Origin: a cyanobacterium endosymbiont of Rhopalodia gibba
GTDB taxonomy: Bacteria; Cyanobacteriota; Cyanobacteriia; Cyanobacteriales; Microcystaceae
Length of the DNA stretch: 64,000 bases
Reading direction: 5' to 3'
NCBI GenBank assembly: GCA_045159875.1
Contig: CP067995.1
Location: forward strand, 800,001-864,000
Position 1 is the stretch's first letter. Every line of letters begins with the position of its first letter. The translations under genes and the position numbers were made by a program. Under the pieces are notes generated by a model. That model was given only the letters and a program-made list of their open reading frames with translations, had not been told where the DNA came from and did no database searches. Below, piece after piece: positions 47,519 through 59,401 of this stretch.

Positions 47519-48511
47519 ATGGACTGGAAACATGCTTACCTCGAAGATAGAATTGGTGTTCACTTCAAAAATAGCGATCTTCTTTTTGAGTCTCTGATTC
47601 ATCCGTCTTACGCTCAACAAATAAACCGATCCGAAAATAACAATGAGCGGCTAGAATATTTAGGGGAGAAAATTCTGGAGTTTATTATTACGAATTATCT
47701 CTATCAAAACTGTTCCTATCTAGCAGTAAGCAAACTGACTACTTTGCGTAATAAATTAGAAGAAGGAGAAAAGTTAACTGACCTTTGGTTTAAATTAGGA
47801 TTAGGAGAAAGCTTCCCTTTTTTAGCTATAAAAGATGAACGACATTCCCTCCGTATTAAGCAAAATAATCCTTTCGAAAAAGCTCTCAAAGCATTAGTAG
47901 GAGCTATACATCTTGACCGAGGTTTATCTCAGACCTCTAATTGGGTTAAAAAACAGTTAATCACTCCATTATTAGCCCGTCACTTAAAAAAGATTAAATA
48001 CAGATTAGACCCAAAGAAACAACTTCAATTTTTAGGAGATGCTCTATTTAAGGCAATAGTTGCTGACTATTTATATCGACTTTTTTCTTATGTCAATCCT
48101 TCTTTTTTAAGTAGAATGGCTAAAAAATTAGTAATTAAGGATCAACAAAATAAATACATTGATCGACTTACTTCAGAAGATTGGAAAATTATTAATACTG
48201 AGAACGAAGAAATATATATAAAATCATTTACTAGCTTATTAGCTGCTATCTATCTTCACTTTGATCAGCAAAATTATAAAATAAGCTTTCGAGAAACCGG
48301 TAGTTGGTGGGTTAATAAATGTATTGATGAAGATGAAATTTGGCGCGAATTAATTATTTTACTCGTCAAAGATGGGGTTTCTCAAAAATGGATTATTCGT
48401 CAGGCAATGGGATATGAAAGTAAAGATTATGACAAAGGTCGTGAACGTTTTCATGAACTAATGAAATCTTCGAAAACCGACAATGGAATAAAGATCGACG
48501 CTCACTACTAA
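47519..48511 (+). CDS. Protein with two degenerate RNase III domains and no evident dsRBD
   Basis: HPSY..NERLEYLGE..ALVGAIHLDRG and second KQLQFLGDALF..LLAAIYL. Confidence 0.8.
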   Translation: MDWKHAYLEDRIGVHFKNSDLLFESLIHPSYAQQINRSENNNERLEYLGEKILEFIITNYLYQNCSYLAVSKLTTLRNKLEEGEKLTDLWFKLGLGESFPFLAIKDERHSLRIKQNNPFEKALKALVGAIHLDRGLSQTSNWVKKQLITPLLARHLKKIKYRLDPKKQLQFLGDALFKAIVADYLYRLFSYVNPSFLSRMAKKLVIKDQQNKYIDRLTSEDWKIINTENEEIYIKSFTSLLAAIYLHFDQQNYKISFRETGSWWVNKCIDEDEIWRELIILLVKDGVSQKWIIRQAMGYESKDYDKGRERFHELMKSSKTDNGIKIDAHY

Positions 48512-49229
48512 TAGAATAACTAAACAATTTGACATTTATATATATTTTTATCAAAAAAAAATCCTATTGAGAAAATATAGATTTAATAAATCATTAAAAT
48601 TTTATTTTTGTTCAAAATTACCATTTTAATTTCTTCTCATATTCTTAGTAACTCATCTGAGTTATGTAAATTTAGTTAGTAAAATTAAATTTTGAGTTTT
48701 CACAGAAATAACTTTCTCATCTTAACCGTATCAACGACTATCCTTATAAAGGATTATTATTTATGATGTAGAAAAATTAAAAATTTTAAAAAAAAATTTA
48801 TATAAAAGATAATGTCCCAAATATGTTTATATTGAGGAGTAGTCAATTTTTTATAGGGGAAGATAAAGAAAGTAAAAAAAATACTATAATCACTAATTAC
48901 TAAAAGAATTTTTACCTAATAATTTACATTTTATACCAGGAGATTTAAAAAGTTTTTTCTAAAGTTAGGACATAAACAAGTTAGCTAAAATAATTAACTT
49001 TTAGAAATTACTAAGAAATGATTTTAAAACTACATACTAAATTTACCCTAGAGGAATAATATAAAGGTCCGTATTCAAAAATATTAAATAATCAAACTCA
49101 ACAAATATTAGTTCTTGTTAAAAACAAATAATTTGGTCAATAAAATAGAAGATGTGTAAAACAGTTTTAGATTTCCTGGGCGATTAGAATCTTTAATTAG
49201 TCCGTAAACTTGAAGCAAGATTAAATAAA

Positions 49230-50130
49230 AAAATATAGTAATTAAGTTCATATTTAATCTTATAGGTTAATGTTTTTTATATTATTCCTATTACTATAAT
49301 TCTTATTATTCTACTAATTCAGTAAATTGCCAGCGAATTAATTAACAACTTTGGTAGCTTGAATATTTCATATTTTCAGTGTTTTTTTATCAGTTCCTGT
49401 GATTTATATATTGATTTTTAATTGATAAAAATAAAAAAATACTTAACTCTATCTATTAAAATTATTAGTTTAATAATAATATTTTAACTAGAAACTACTG
49501 GTGGGTTTTGGAGTTAAGTTTATTTTATGAAATTGTTGTTTTTTACTTGTACTTAATTGTTTAATTTAAAACACATATCGCATATATTTATGAATATAAT
49601 TTCTTATTTTTACAGTGTAGTTATTGTTTTTATTAATAAAATTTAAATTTCAAAAATAAGTGGTTTTATTTAAAACAAATATCTCTAATGTAATTTTAAA
49701 TTATTTTTTTTTACATAGATAATATTTGTCGTATTCATTTAAAACTATTTCTTGCTAAATAAATATAAATTACAATAAAATAATATTTACTAATATCTCT
49801 AATAAATATATCAATATAATTGATTTTTCTTGATGTTATTTTTATTCAAGTAAATCTAAACGCCATTATTTTTTAGATAAATATGTTGTAAACATATTAA
49901 TGTTAGCTTTTTAAATTAAATCAGACTTAAGCTTTTAATATATTATTTTTAATAACTCTTCTATATCTATATCAGATATATTTGCCTTAGCCTTTTTATT
50001 ATTTTAAATTTATGTGTTAAATACTTATTTGTTAATTCACATATTGAGCAATATTTAATTATAAAAATAACTATAATTATTGTTATTAGTTGATTAGTAA
50101 AAATTTAGTTCTAGAAACTAGAAGTCCTTC
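49230..50130 (-). mobile_element. Possible very old ISL3 remnant
   Basis: Minus strand has CSICELTNK near 50050 and PKLLIIRWQ..RIIRIIVIGII*K near 49340, in ISL3-like order and spacing. Confidence 0.35.
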
Positions 50131-50425
50131 AAAAAATGCAGTTTTCTTAAATTTATGCATTATTTGTACTTAATTTTTACTTACTTAAGACTAGCAATCA
50201 TGATTATTCTATTCTAATTTTTAAGATTGGGACTTATTTTAAGTCTAAATATAATTTATATATCTGGACTAGTTGTCCGATATTTTATATCTATAAAAAC
50301 AGTTAAATATGTATTTATAGTATTAATGATTATTCGTTACTGGTGATAAAATTATCTATTTTTTATTATTGATTTATTTTAAATTTTTTTAAAAAATAGA
50401 GTAAAATTAGCTATTTAATCTATAG

Positions 50426-50468
50426 TTTTTTTAAATAAAAATTAACTGTTAATTTTTATTTAAAAAAA
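50426..50468. repeat. Perfect inverted repeat, 21-bp arms, 1-nt loop
   Basis: tttttttaaataaaaattaac-t-gttaatttttatttaaaaaaa. Confidence 0.8.
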
Positions 50469-51085
50469 TAAGTCTATTTAAAAAACTGTAAAAAGTTAGA
50501 AAATTTAAACCAAAAACACTTTTATAAATTAAGAAGATACTTGTAAACAGTTTACAAGATATAAAATTTAGATATTTTTTACTGTTTGTAACCTAGAATG
50601 TATTAAGTTTATAGGTGTCAAGTCGGTTAAGCCATATAGACTATTCCAAAAATTAGAAAATTTGGTTTATACATATCTTGATAAGGGATTTTCTCTATGT
50701 CTACTTTTTTAAAAATTTTTATAGATTACCTAGCAAATTAGATAACTAAAAGAACACCAATTTAAATTTAGTTATTTAAGTTGTGTACTATTAGTTGATC
50801 AAAGTAAAGATATATTAATCTATGATTTTGATTATTATCGGCTTTTTTGGATTTTTAAGTAAGATCTTAACATAAAATTTATTTTAAAAATAGAGTTATT
50901 AATAATATTTTTTTGAAGCAATTTTTAGTATTAATTTATTTATAGAATATTAATATTAAAAAGTTTAAAAGCCAGTTTTTTTAAAAAAAATCTAAGTAAA
51001 AATATGACGAGATTGACAATCATACGAAATAGCAGCTACTAACGATAAACACTCTATTAGTTGTTGAAAATACAAGACCATTAAA

Positions 51086-51146
51086 GATGCCTTAACTTTT
51101 AACCTAAAATTAAGAGAAAATTTTTCAGGTTAAAAGTCAAGGCATC
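51086..51146. repeat. Inverted repeat, 20-bp arms, one mismatch
   Basis: gatgccttaacttttaacct ... aggttaaaagtcaaggcatc. Confidence 0.8.
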
Positions 51147-52348
51147 AATCGAACAATAAAATTTCAAACACTTTTATTTTTTGAATATTCAATCTTACTT
51201 ACGTTGTAAGTTATTTTTGATTGGTTTAATTCAAAAGACTTGTTTAGTTAATTTTTAAAAATCAGTTTTACTAACTTTTAGTTAATTATTATATTGATTA
51301 CGAGTAATTAACTGAAGTCCTGATTGATGACATTTTATGACAAGTTTTTTAGTTATATACCCTCACTATGAAAATAATTTATTCATTCAAGTTCACGTTA
51401 ATTAAGACATAGATTTACAATGATCTATGTTACCTCAATTTAACTAAAAAAATAATAATTTACTACGATTATTGATAACTAAGTTTAGTTTAAACTTTTA
51501 ATGCGATCTAACAAGATTTTAATCTTAACTATATATAACTAGATTACTAAAAACTCAGTGTGCTATAATGAGATGTTGGTCAAATAATTATGTTAAAGTC
51601 CAATTGGGATAAATTTATTCTTAGAATTTCTCCTTTGTTAGTTAGCAAAAAACAGTATATAAATATCCTTCTCCAGAATATGAGCTCCACAAAAAGATTC
51701 TAATTTACTAGGTTGGTAGATATTATTTTACAATAAAGAAAAATTTTTAATAAGTTCGATATAATTAACCGCGAGAAGCAGCTTTAATAGTCATAGTCTT
51801 ATCTATTTTAAAACAAAAAATATTAATTTCAAAAAAAAATATTTTAAATTGAGCAACAGAATGACAATACTGTTTAAATCTAGATTTTTGATAGAAATGA
51901 TAAAAATTACAAAATACTAAAGTAAAATTGAGACAAGATTTTACATTTATAGCACTAGCTCTCAACGAATGCTACTTTTAGCATAGAGCGGCTGCTTTTC
52001 TTTCTTTTTATAACTTTCTGTCGGACTCAAGCTTTAGCCGGATAAAAAGACAAATCTACTGAACTTGGGATAATAAAAGTTAAATATACCTTGACATAGC
52101 TTAATTTAGCATTATTTATTATTAACAATGGACAAACTATCTTGAAAACTATTTCTCAATAGTGCTTTTGAAACGTTAATATTAATAACTATATGTACCA
52201 GATTTTGTAGAAATAAAAAGACAAGGATGAAAAGCACGGATTAATATGCAAATTTTCCCTTGTCTCAATAGCTACAATTGTTCAGGCTTGATGTTCATTT
52301 TTAATGACACTTAAGGGATATGAACTGGTTTTTAATATTTTTTTTCGT

Positions 52349-52732
52349 TTACTTAAATAGGGTTTTAAACCATTTAAATAGATTTTTAAACCATTGAACT
52401 AAGGGATAAGTAGATTCCGATTCTGAAGTTAAAATAGGTTTGTGCGTTAGCTGTGCTGAAGTATTTTGAGGAGATTCTAGGGAAACCGGTTCTGATTTTC
52501 TTTGAACTGTTACCAAAAACTGCTTTAATTTCTCTTTGTCAGATCCAGAAGATTCTCTAGCTTGTTTAGCCTTTTGAGAAAAATTCACTTCCCCAATATA
52601 AGTTAGCCAGTTTTCCAAGTCTCCTCGGTTTAAGTAATTAATTCCCTCCTGGGGATAATCTTCGCAGATTTTGATTAAATCTTCCATATTATTAGCCTGT
52701 TGACCATTACTAAATTTAAAAGGTTCTGTCAT
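52349..52732 (-). CDS. Hypothetical protein with DUF5752-like N-terminus
   Basis: PFKFSNGQQANNMEDL...YLNRGDLENWL; intact, AGGA RBS. Confidence 0.7.
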   Translation of the reverse strand: MTEPFKFSNGQQANNMEDLIKICEDYPQEGINYLNRGDLENWLTYIGEVNFSQKAKQARESSGSDKEKLKQFLVTVQRKSEPVSLESPQNTSAQLTHKPILTSESESTYPLVQWFKNLFKWFKTLFK

Positions 52733-53389
52733 TGTTTTTCCTAATCGCCAATAGAATGATAAATCTCACTGCTAATCTTAACGATTTTCTTGAAAATTAG
52801 TCATGGTCACATTTAGAAAAACCGCACAATCCCATCATCAAAATATTTAACTTAGTTTTAGAAAATACAACAAGCCCGCCATTACATTATCTTTTTATCT
52901 TTATAAATCGAGTTTCTTTAATTCTAAAATACGTTACTTTAGACCCAAGATTGAACCAACCTCCAGATTAGCTTGCAAATACATAAAAATTTTGATTATC
53001 ACACATAAACAGAATATTCACTATTTCACTATGTTATGGGAGGTTTTCCTAATGGAGTAAAAACCTACAGCGATATGGTGTCCCTAGAAATAGATCTATA
53101 AAAAAACCGTAAGATTCTCTTACCGTTTAAAAAACATCAAGGAACTATTACTGCCAAATCAACCCCATTTTTAATGGAGATCAAAGAAACTAATTTAGTA
53201 TCCAGGACTAATGTTCTTCTCTAACTGAAACTTAACACGAGCTAATAGACGTCACTGATTAATGTGTGTCACACCGTTAATTCTTCAGGGAACTAACTTA
53301 GGTAAAACATGTATTATTTAGGATACCACTGATGGTTAAATTATGTTTTTAATCAAATATTTCTTTCTTCGTCTGATATTTAGAAAAAT

Positions 53390-54070
53390 CTACATCGGTT
53401 AGTTAATAATATTTCTCATAGGTTGCAAATTTCTTGAACAGTAGGTAATGTCTGGGTTCTTATCAAGTAAACCTGTGGCGCAGAACAGTAGTTTCAGCGA
53501 TATTTGAGAAGAAATTTCCGAAACTGCTATTTGTCAAGTTGACCGGATGACTCAATACAAAATTTATTAGATTTAGCGTGGGATAATAATGGACAAGCGC
53601 ACTTTTATTTAGAATCCATTATTCTTAATAATTTACTCAAAGAGATGGGGGAAATAAATCGTTCATATGATGACTATACCGTTAATCTTGAAATTACATC
53701 AATTCTCCTTGTTATTAAAACAAACAGTAATTGCATCAAATAAATTATCCTCAATATAATTGATAATTCAGTAGAATACTCCGAGTATAACAACCTTATT
53801 AGTGTTAAACCCTATCAGGATCAGGTCCAAAAAATCGAAAAGTAACAAGTATGTAACCATTGTAAGGAAGTTCTTCTATCCGAATCAAACTAGAATTTCT
53901 GAGCAATTTTATCTGCGAGATAAAGCTAGAAGTAACATTACCAGAAGAACTCGACTTAAACTCTCCATTATTAGCACTTTGATTGAAGAAATATGAGAAA
54001 CTATGAAAGTAATTTCTCAAGTCAGTAGTGAGAACGTCTTTACTGTTACTTTGTTTATCTTGTAGCAACA
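53390..54070 (+). pseudogene. Sensor histidine kinase pseudogene (HisKA + HATPase_c; may start further upstream)
   Basis: NNISHRLQ (H box), QNLLDLAW, IK*IILNIIDNSVEYS (N box), RISEQFYLRDKARS..TRRTRLKLSII (degraded F and G2 boxes), VFTVTL. Confidence 0.8.
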
Positions 54071-54544
54071 AAAATTTGGATTAGTCCATTAAATAAAATT
54101 TTTGACTGGGTGGACTTAAATAAGCCTAAGAGAGAAAAGTCGTTAAAAAAGAGCAAGTATTAGATACTAACCAGCCTCAAAATTTAACTAACATAATCAG
54201 AAGCTCAAGAACTATTAAAGTTAACTCAAGACAAAATCATTCTTCCGGGGACAAGAACAAAAGCGTAAATTTTATACTTGGATACAAAAGATTAGAAGTT
54301 CAAGAAAATTACTGACGGGTAAAACTATTAGAGAATACAAGTAGAAGGACAATTTATAGATATATTTTTTATAGCAAACAATCATCTAAGATTTTATAAA
54401 AAAAGATAAAAGTAAAATTAACTCGTAAAAAAATCTTAGACAATGAGACATATAAGACTGAAAAGTATTAGTAGCACAATAAAAACAACAGATAAACAGT
54501 TGTCTTACTTAACAATCAACAATTATTTAGGACTGAACATTGGT

Positions 54545-54820
54545 CTGGACACAGTTAAAGTTTTACTGAAAAAATTGCTCAATAAATTCAAAAATTTTTC
54601 TTTGCTAACAGAGACTATCTTGAGTAGATCTGGAGCATAGTTATAAACTATCTTTATCGAATTTAGTTAAGTCGACAACATTGTTTTCTACAACCAGAAT
54701 TAATCTTATAATTCCCAGCGGCTTGGTATTAGAATTCTAGAAGAAAGCGAGATGTTATATTTTTGTCTGCCGCAAAAAATCACGTGCTCGATAGTTACAC
54801 GCCTCATCCAAAGTCATCTG
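54545..54820 (-). pseudogene. Possible Rpn/DUF2887-family remnant
   Basis: KPLGIIRLILVVE...QRKIFEFIEQFF with stops. Confidence 0.35.
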
Positions 54821-54902
54821 ATCTTGTTCTTAAAGATTCAGTAATGCTATAGACTTGAGGTTCTGACTCCATTAACCAATAATCTATAACAATTGATTTG
54901 CA

Positions 54903-55676
54903 ATGACCCTTCTCAAACCTTCTGTCTACTTTATTGGTGCCGGCCCGGGTGATCCAGACTTATTAACCCTCAAAGCATACAAAATTATTACTCAAGCTGA
55001 TGTTATCTTCTACGCAGACTCCCTAGTCCCTAAACAAATTTTACAAGATGTTCGCCCTGATACTCAATTAATCTCTACAGGCAGTAAAACTCTAGAGGAA
55101 ATTATGACCTTAATTCAAGAACAGGTGAAGAACAATTATGCTGTCGTTCGTCTACATTCTGGGGATTTAACTATTTATAGTGCAATTCATGAACAAATAC
55201 GGATTTTAGCCGAAAAAAACATCCCCTTCGAATTAATACCCGGAATTAGTGCTTTTCAAGCAGCAGCCGCTAAGTTAGGGGCAGAATTAACTATCCCCAA
55301 TCTAGTACAGACTATTATTTTAACCCGTATTAGTGGTTGTGCCTCGTCCGTTCCTGAAGATGAAGAATTAGCAAGTTTAGCCGCCCATAAAGCCAGTTTA
55401 TGCTTGTATTTGTCCGCTCGTCATATCGAAACAGCCCAAGAAAAATTACTGGACTATTATCCTTCTAATACCCCCATAGCAGTGTGTTTTCGTATTGGGT
55501 GGCCAGACGAGAAAATTTGGTTGGTTCCTCTAGAAAAAATGGCACAAGTTACGCGGGAAGAAAAGTTAATCCGAACGACCCTTTATCTAATCAGTCCAGC
55601 ATTAAACCCTAGTTTTTCAAGTCGATCTCGTCTTTATCATCCTCAACATTCACACTTATTTCGTCCACGAATCTAG
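54903..55676 (+). CDS. cobM: Precorrin-4 C11-methyltransferase
   Basis: VYFIGAGPGDPDLLT, VRLHSGD, IPGISAF, ELTIP..VQTIILTR, RSRLY. Confidence 0.95.
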   Translation: MTLLKPSVYFIGAGPGDPDLLTLKAYKIITQADVIFYADSLVPKQILQDVRPDTQLISTGSKTLEEIMTLIQEQVKNNYAVVRLHSGDLTIYSAIHEQIRILAEKNIPFELIPGISAFQAAAAKLGAELTIPNLVQTIILTRISGCASSVPEDEELASLAAHKASLCLYLSARHIETAQEKLLDYYPSNTPIAVCFRIGWPDEKIWLVPLEKMAQVTREEKLIRTTLYLISPALNPSFSSRSRLYHPQHSHLFRPRI

Positions 55677-55742
55677 AGAGAAATAGTATTAAAATGAAGG
55701 GTGCAACAAAGATTTTTATAACCGTTGATAGCAAAGATTACC

Positions 55743-56903
55743 ATGCAGGGTTTACTCAAACGCATCTGGCAGTGGATTCAAGAATTTTTTGGACAGCTTT
55801 TTGGAAAACGATTATCCAATATCAATATTGATAGCAACTCGCAAGAGTCCAATCGTCCTCTGACAGATACGGATTACGAGTTTTTGTTTAGTCAGCTATT
55901 AGAAGGTATTGCTCACGGCTGGCACGAAGGGCGAGTTCTCAAATATTTTGAAGATTTGGGAATACGAGGAAAATCGAAATTCTGGGTAGATTGGTTAGAA
56001 CGCTTTGGGGACAAAGCTATAGCATCTTCAGCCCCTAATCTACAATTGGCTGCCAGGATGATGCGTTTAGGAGAATTGGGACAATCTTTTCGAGAAACCG
56101 AAATGATTGGCAAAAAGTCTTATGAGATTGGACGGAAAATCTATAGCCAAGAAGCAGAAAGTGGAATTTGGGAATACGAAGGTCCTGATGTCGATGAGCA
56201 AATTATCTCAAAAGATAGTTTTCAGAACAATAGTTCTCATTTCCGAATTGACTCGCCTGACGAAGTCACTCAAACCTTGACTATAGAAGAATTGTGCGAG
56301 CGTTTACAGCAAGATGCAACCTTAGCCAAACAACTCGCGCCTCAACTAGGGATAGAATCGAGCAATCCTGAACAACTAATTGAAACCTTACTTGAGCGGT
56401 TTCACAATGAAGCTGCTAAGCCTAAACAAATTAACTCTCCTCAAACAGAACAAGAATGGTTTAATCAAGGATTGCAACAAGCTAATCAAGGGGATTTAGA
56501 AGGGGCTATCGCTAGTTGGGATAAAGCTTTAGAAATTAATCCTTTCCTCTCTCAAGGATGGCATAATCGCGGCAGCGCTTTGGGAAAATTAGGGCGGTTA
56601 GATGAGGCAATCGACAGTTTTGATCGGGCAATTCTTCTCAATGCTGACGATCTTGAAGCTTGGAATTCTAAAGGAAATGCCTTATATGGATTAGAACAAT
56701 GGGAAAAAGCAATCACCTGTTGGGATAAAGGGTTAAAATTACAGCCAAACTACTATCAAGGTTGGTACAATCGCGGTAGTGCACTGGGTAAATTAGGGCG
56801 GTTAGATGAGGCAATCACTAGTTACCGTAAAGCATTGGAAATTGAACCGGGTTTCAGGCTAGCTCAAGCTCGACTTAATGAATTATCTGAGGAGAGTTTA
56901 TAG
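55743..56903 (+). CDS. TPR-repeat protein
   Basis: About four C-terminal TPRs (WHNRGSALGKLGRLDEAI); ATG 55743 taken as start. Confidence 0.88.
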   Translation: MQGLLKRIWQWIQEFFGQLFGKRLSNINIDSNSQESNRPLTDTDYEFLFSQLLEGIAHGWHEGRVLKYFEDLGIRGKSKFWVDWLERFGDKAIASSAPNLQLAARMMRLGELGQSFRETEMIGKKSYEIGRKIYSQEAESGIWEYEGPDVDEQIISKDSFQNNSSHFRIDSPDEVTQTLTIEELCERLQQDATLAKQLAPQLGIESSNPEQLIETLLERFHNEAAKPKQINSPQTEQEWFNQGLQQANQGDLEGAIASWDKALEINPFLSQGWHNRGSALGKLGRLDEAIDSFDRAILLNADDLEAWNSKGNALYGLEQWEKAITCWDKGLKLQPNYYQGWYNRGSALGKLGRLDEAITSYRKALEIEPGFRLAQARLNELSEESL

Positions 56904-56981
56904 TTGATAAAATCTATGAATGTTTGTCAGAACAGGTTATGATGACTTAGGTTGAACCTTTCAACAGTTTAGTTTACCTTC

Positions 56982-57632
56982 ATGACTTTCCAACTACGCG
57001 TTTATGTTCCTGATCATCCTTTGATTAAACATTGGTTAGGGGTCGCTCGTGATGCTAATACTCCGAATATTCTTTTTAAAACAGCAATGACAGAGCTAGG
57101 ACGTTGGTTGACCTACGAAGCAACTCGCCATTGGCTGCCCACCTTGGAAACTGGCATAAAAACTCCCATTACTGACGCTCAAGCCACCTTTATTAATCCT
57201 CAAGTCCCCATCGCCGTTGTTCCCCTTTTACGGGCAGGATTAGCCTTATTAGATGGAGCGCAAACCCTTCTGCCTTTAGCCTCAACCTATCATCTAGGGT
57301 TAGTGCACAATGAAGAAATTCTAGACGTTAGTTGTTATCTCAATAAATTACCCCAACAATTTCACCCAGAAACCAGAATCGTCGTCTTAGAACCCATGTT
57401 AGCTACTGGGCGATTAATCACCGCTGCGATGGATAAAATCACTGAACGGGGAGCAAATCCAAAATTGATGCGGATTATCTCCGTAGTAGCAGCTCCGCCT
57501 GCATTGCAAAAACTAAGTCAAAAATACCCCACTTTAAATATTTATACCGCCTTTATTGACAAAGAAATAGATGACAAGGGATACATTGTACCTGGGTTAG
57601 GAGATGCGGGTGATCGTGCTTTTGGAACCTAG
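56982..57632 (+). CDS. upp: Uracil phosphoribosyltransferase
   Basis: HPLIKHWL, VPLLRAG, EPMLATG, YIVPGLGDAGDR. Confidence 0.97.
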   Translation: MTFQLRVYVPDHPLIKHWLGVARDANTPNILFKTAMTELGRWLTYEATRHWLPTLETGIKTPITDAQATFINPQVPIAVVPLLRAGLALLDGAQTLLPLASTYHLGLVHNEEILDVSCYLNKLPQQFHPETRIVVLEPMLATGRLITAAMDKITERGANPKLMRIISVVAAPPALQKLSQKYPTLNIYTAFIDKEIDDKGYIVPGLGDAGDRAFGT

Positions 57633-57695
57633 AATAATTCAAAATTTATTTGACCCAGTTTTTTCGGAGATTGAACATCATCAAGGTTAGAAATT

Positions 57696-58001
57696 ATGAG
57701 TCAACGAGGTGGATTTACCGGTGGATTTGTGGCAGGAACAATTTTTGGTGGTATGGTCGGTGGCATCATTGGAGTACTAGTAGGCTCACGTCTTGAAAAG
57801 AATCTTAAGGAAGACAACTCTTCCTTACTCAAATCAGCAAAAGATGAAAAACTGGACACCGAGGCTAATATTGAAATGGCACGTCGTCGCCTAGAAAATA
57901 AAATAGCTCAACTTAATTTAGCTATTGATGATGTCCGAGAGCAATTTGGACAAGTTGAACAACAAACCCTTGAATCAGAAACATTGACTGAAAAAGGCTA
58001 A
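57696..58001 (+). CDS. Small membrane-anchored coiled-coil protein downstream of upp
   Basis: Gly-rich TM GFTGGFVAGTIFGGMVGG; ARRRLENKIAQLN. Confidence 0.8.
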   Translation: MSQRGGFTGGFVAGTIFGGMVGGIIGVLVGSRLEKNLKEDNSSLLKSAKDEKLDTEANIEMARRRLENKIAQLNLAIDDVREQFGQVEQQTLESETLTEKG

Positions 58002-58081
58002 TGATTGACTAAATTAAGCTTTTTTTGAGGATTCAAGATTGACGATTCGCATCTTCTCTAAAATTACCCTTGCTGAAGCTT

Positions 58082-58901
58082 ACGGAAATTACCTGGAAGT
58101 TGGCTGTATCTTACGAAGATGTCTTAACATTATAAGTTTGAGTAAATTGCTAGAATCACCATTAACCGTCCCTAAAAGCGTAATGATTTTCATTCTAAAA
58201 CAGTCTTCGAACTCTATGATGCTTTTTGGAATACTCGTGAAGAGCATAAAATTAAGGCGATATTGTTAACAGGGGCATGGCCTTATACTAATGGGAAATA
58301 TGCATTTTGTTTAGTGGGTGATCAAAGTATTAGTGAAAAGGTGGAATATATGGATGATATTGGGATTCCCCGTTTAAATATTCTTTACTTACAAAGTTTG
58401 ATTCGTTCTATGCTTAAAGTAGTTATAGCTTTGGTGGCTCGTTATGTCATTAGTGGGGGTCAAGTTTCACATTTAATTTGTGCTCTAAACTAGAGTGGCT
58501 GATAATACTTTCTTGGTCGAACTGCCCCTAAGATTAGGAGTGTTGACGAAGGGGTTGGAACAAGTTATTTAGCCCGCATTGTAGGGTAGCAAAAAGCTAG
58601 TGAGTTTAGCATTATGCAGTCAATATACTGCCTAACAAGCTTCATAAATGAGGTTATTTAGTTCTGTAGTAAAAGTTGATCAACTCAAAGAAGAAGATAT
58701 TATTTGGGCTACTGAAATTTCATGTAAAGTCTATGGCTATTTTTTACATAAAAGCTGCTTTTAGTCCTGATTGCGAGGATCAAGTAAAATTATAGTAATT
58801 GGCAGTGAATGCTATTATATGACAGAAGAGGGAGCAGAAGAAAACCAAACTTTTTTAACAAACTTACCTTCAATTTTTCTCAATATCCTTGGTCTCTTTA
58901 A
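58082..58901 (+). pseudogene. menB: DHNA-CoA (naphthoate) synthase pseudogene
   Basis: ACG in place of start; INRP*KRN, LLTGAWPYTNGKYAFCLVGDQS, PRLNILYLQSLIRSMLKVVIALVA, SYLARIVG*QKA, YYMTEEGAE, QYPW. Confidence 0.93.
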
Positions 58902-59301
58902 CTTGATATCAGTGTATTTAAAAAACAATTTTAAAAAACTAAACTAGTTTAGTTGATGGGTTTTAATAATGCTCAAGATATCATGTAAGTAATATCAACT
59001 TTAAGTGGACAGGAATATTTGATTGAGGATATAAACTTGCTGATTATTGAATCAGAGATAATTTAAAAGAATATATTTTAATTAGTACTCAACATCAACA
59101 ATTTTAATTTTTTCAGATCAATGAAGAAGAGTTATGAGTTTTGGAACTTCATACACCAGCTTGAAAAGAAATCAGTTAAATAGCATTAATTTTGAGTCAG
59201 GTTTTGATTCTCTGTATAAATACATTATGTCTAATTTTTAAGAAAAAAATGTGTATAAGTTGACCAAAAATTCGTATAATAAACAGCATGTTATCTATAA
59301 A

Positions 59302-59347
59302 TAGAAATGAGAGAATGTTAAAATATTTTAACATCCTCTCATTTCTA
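59302..59347. repeat. 46-bp palindrome with one mismatched pair, no loop
   Basis: tagaaatgagagaatgttaaaat|attttaacatcctctcatttcta. Confidence 0.88.
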
Positions 59348-59401
59348 GTTTTTACTAAATTTTAATCTGATTTAAATTTAATAAACTTAACTTTACTCCC
59401 T

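Noticed and set aside
48520..52340. 3.8-kb AT-rich desert as replication origin or CRISPR array
   Set aside because: No DnaA-box cluster and no regularly spaced direct repeats seen
56586..56816. Exact 27-bp direct repeat 204 nt apart
   Set aside because: Explained by internal TPR duplication (two repeats, 68 codons apart)
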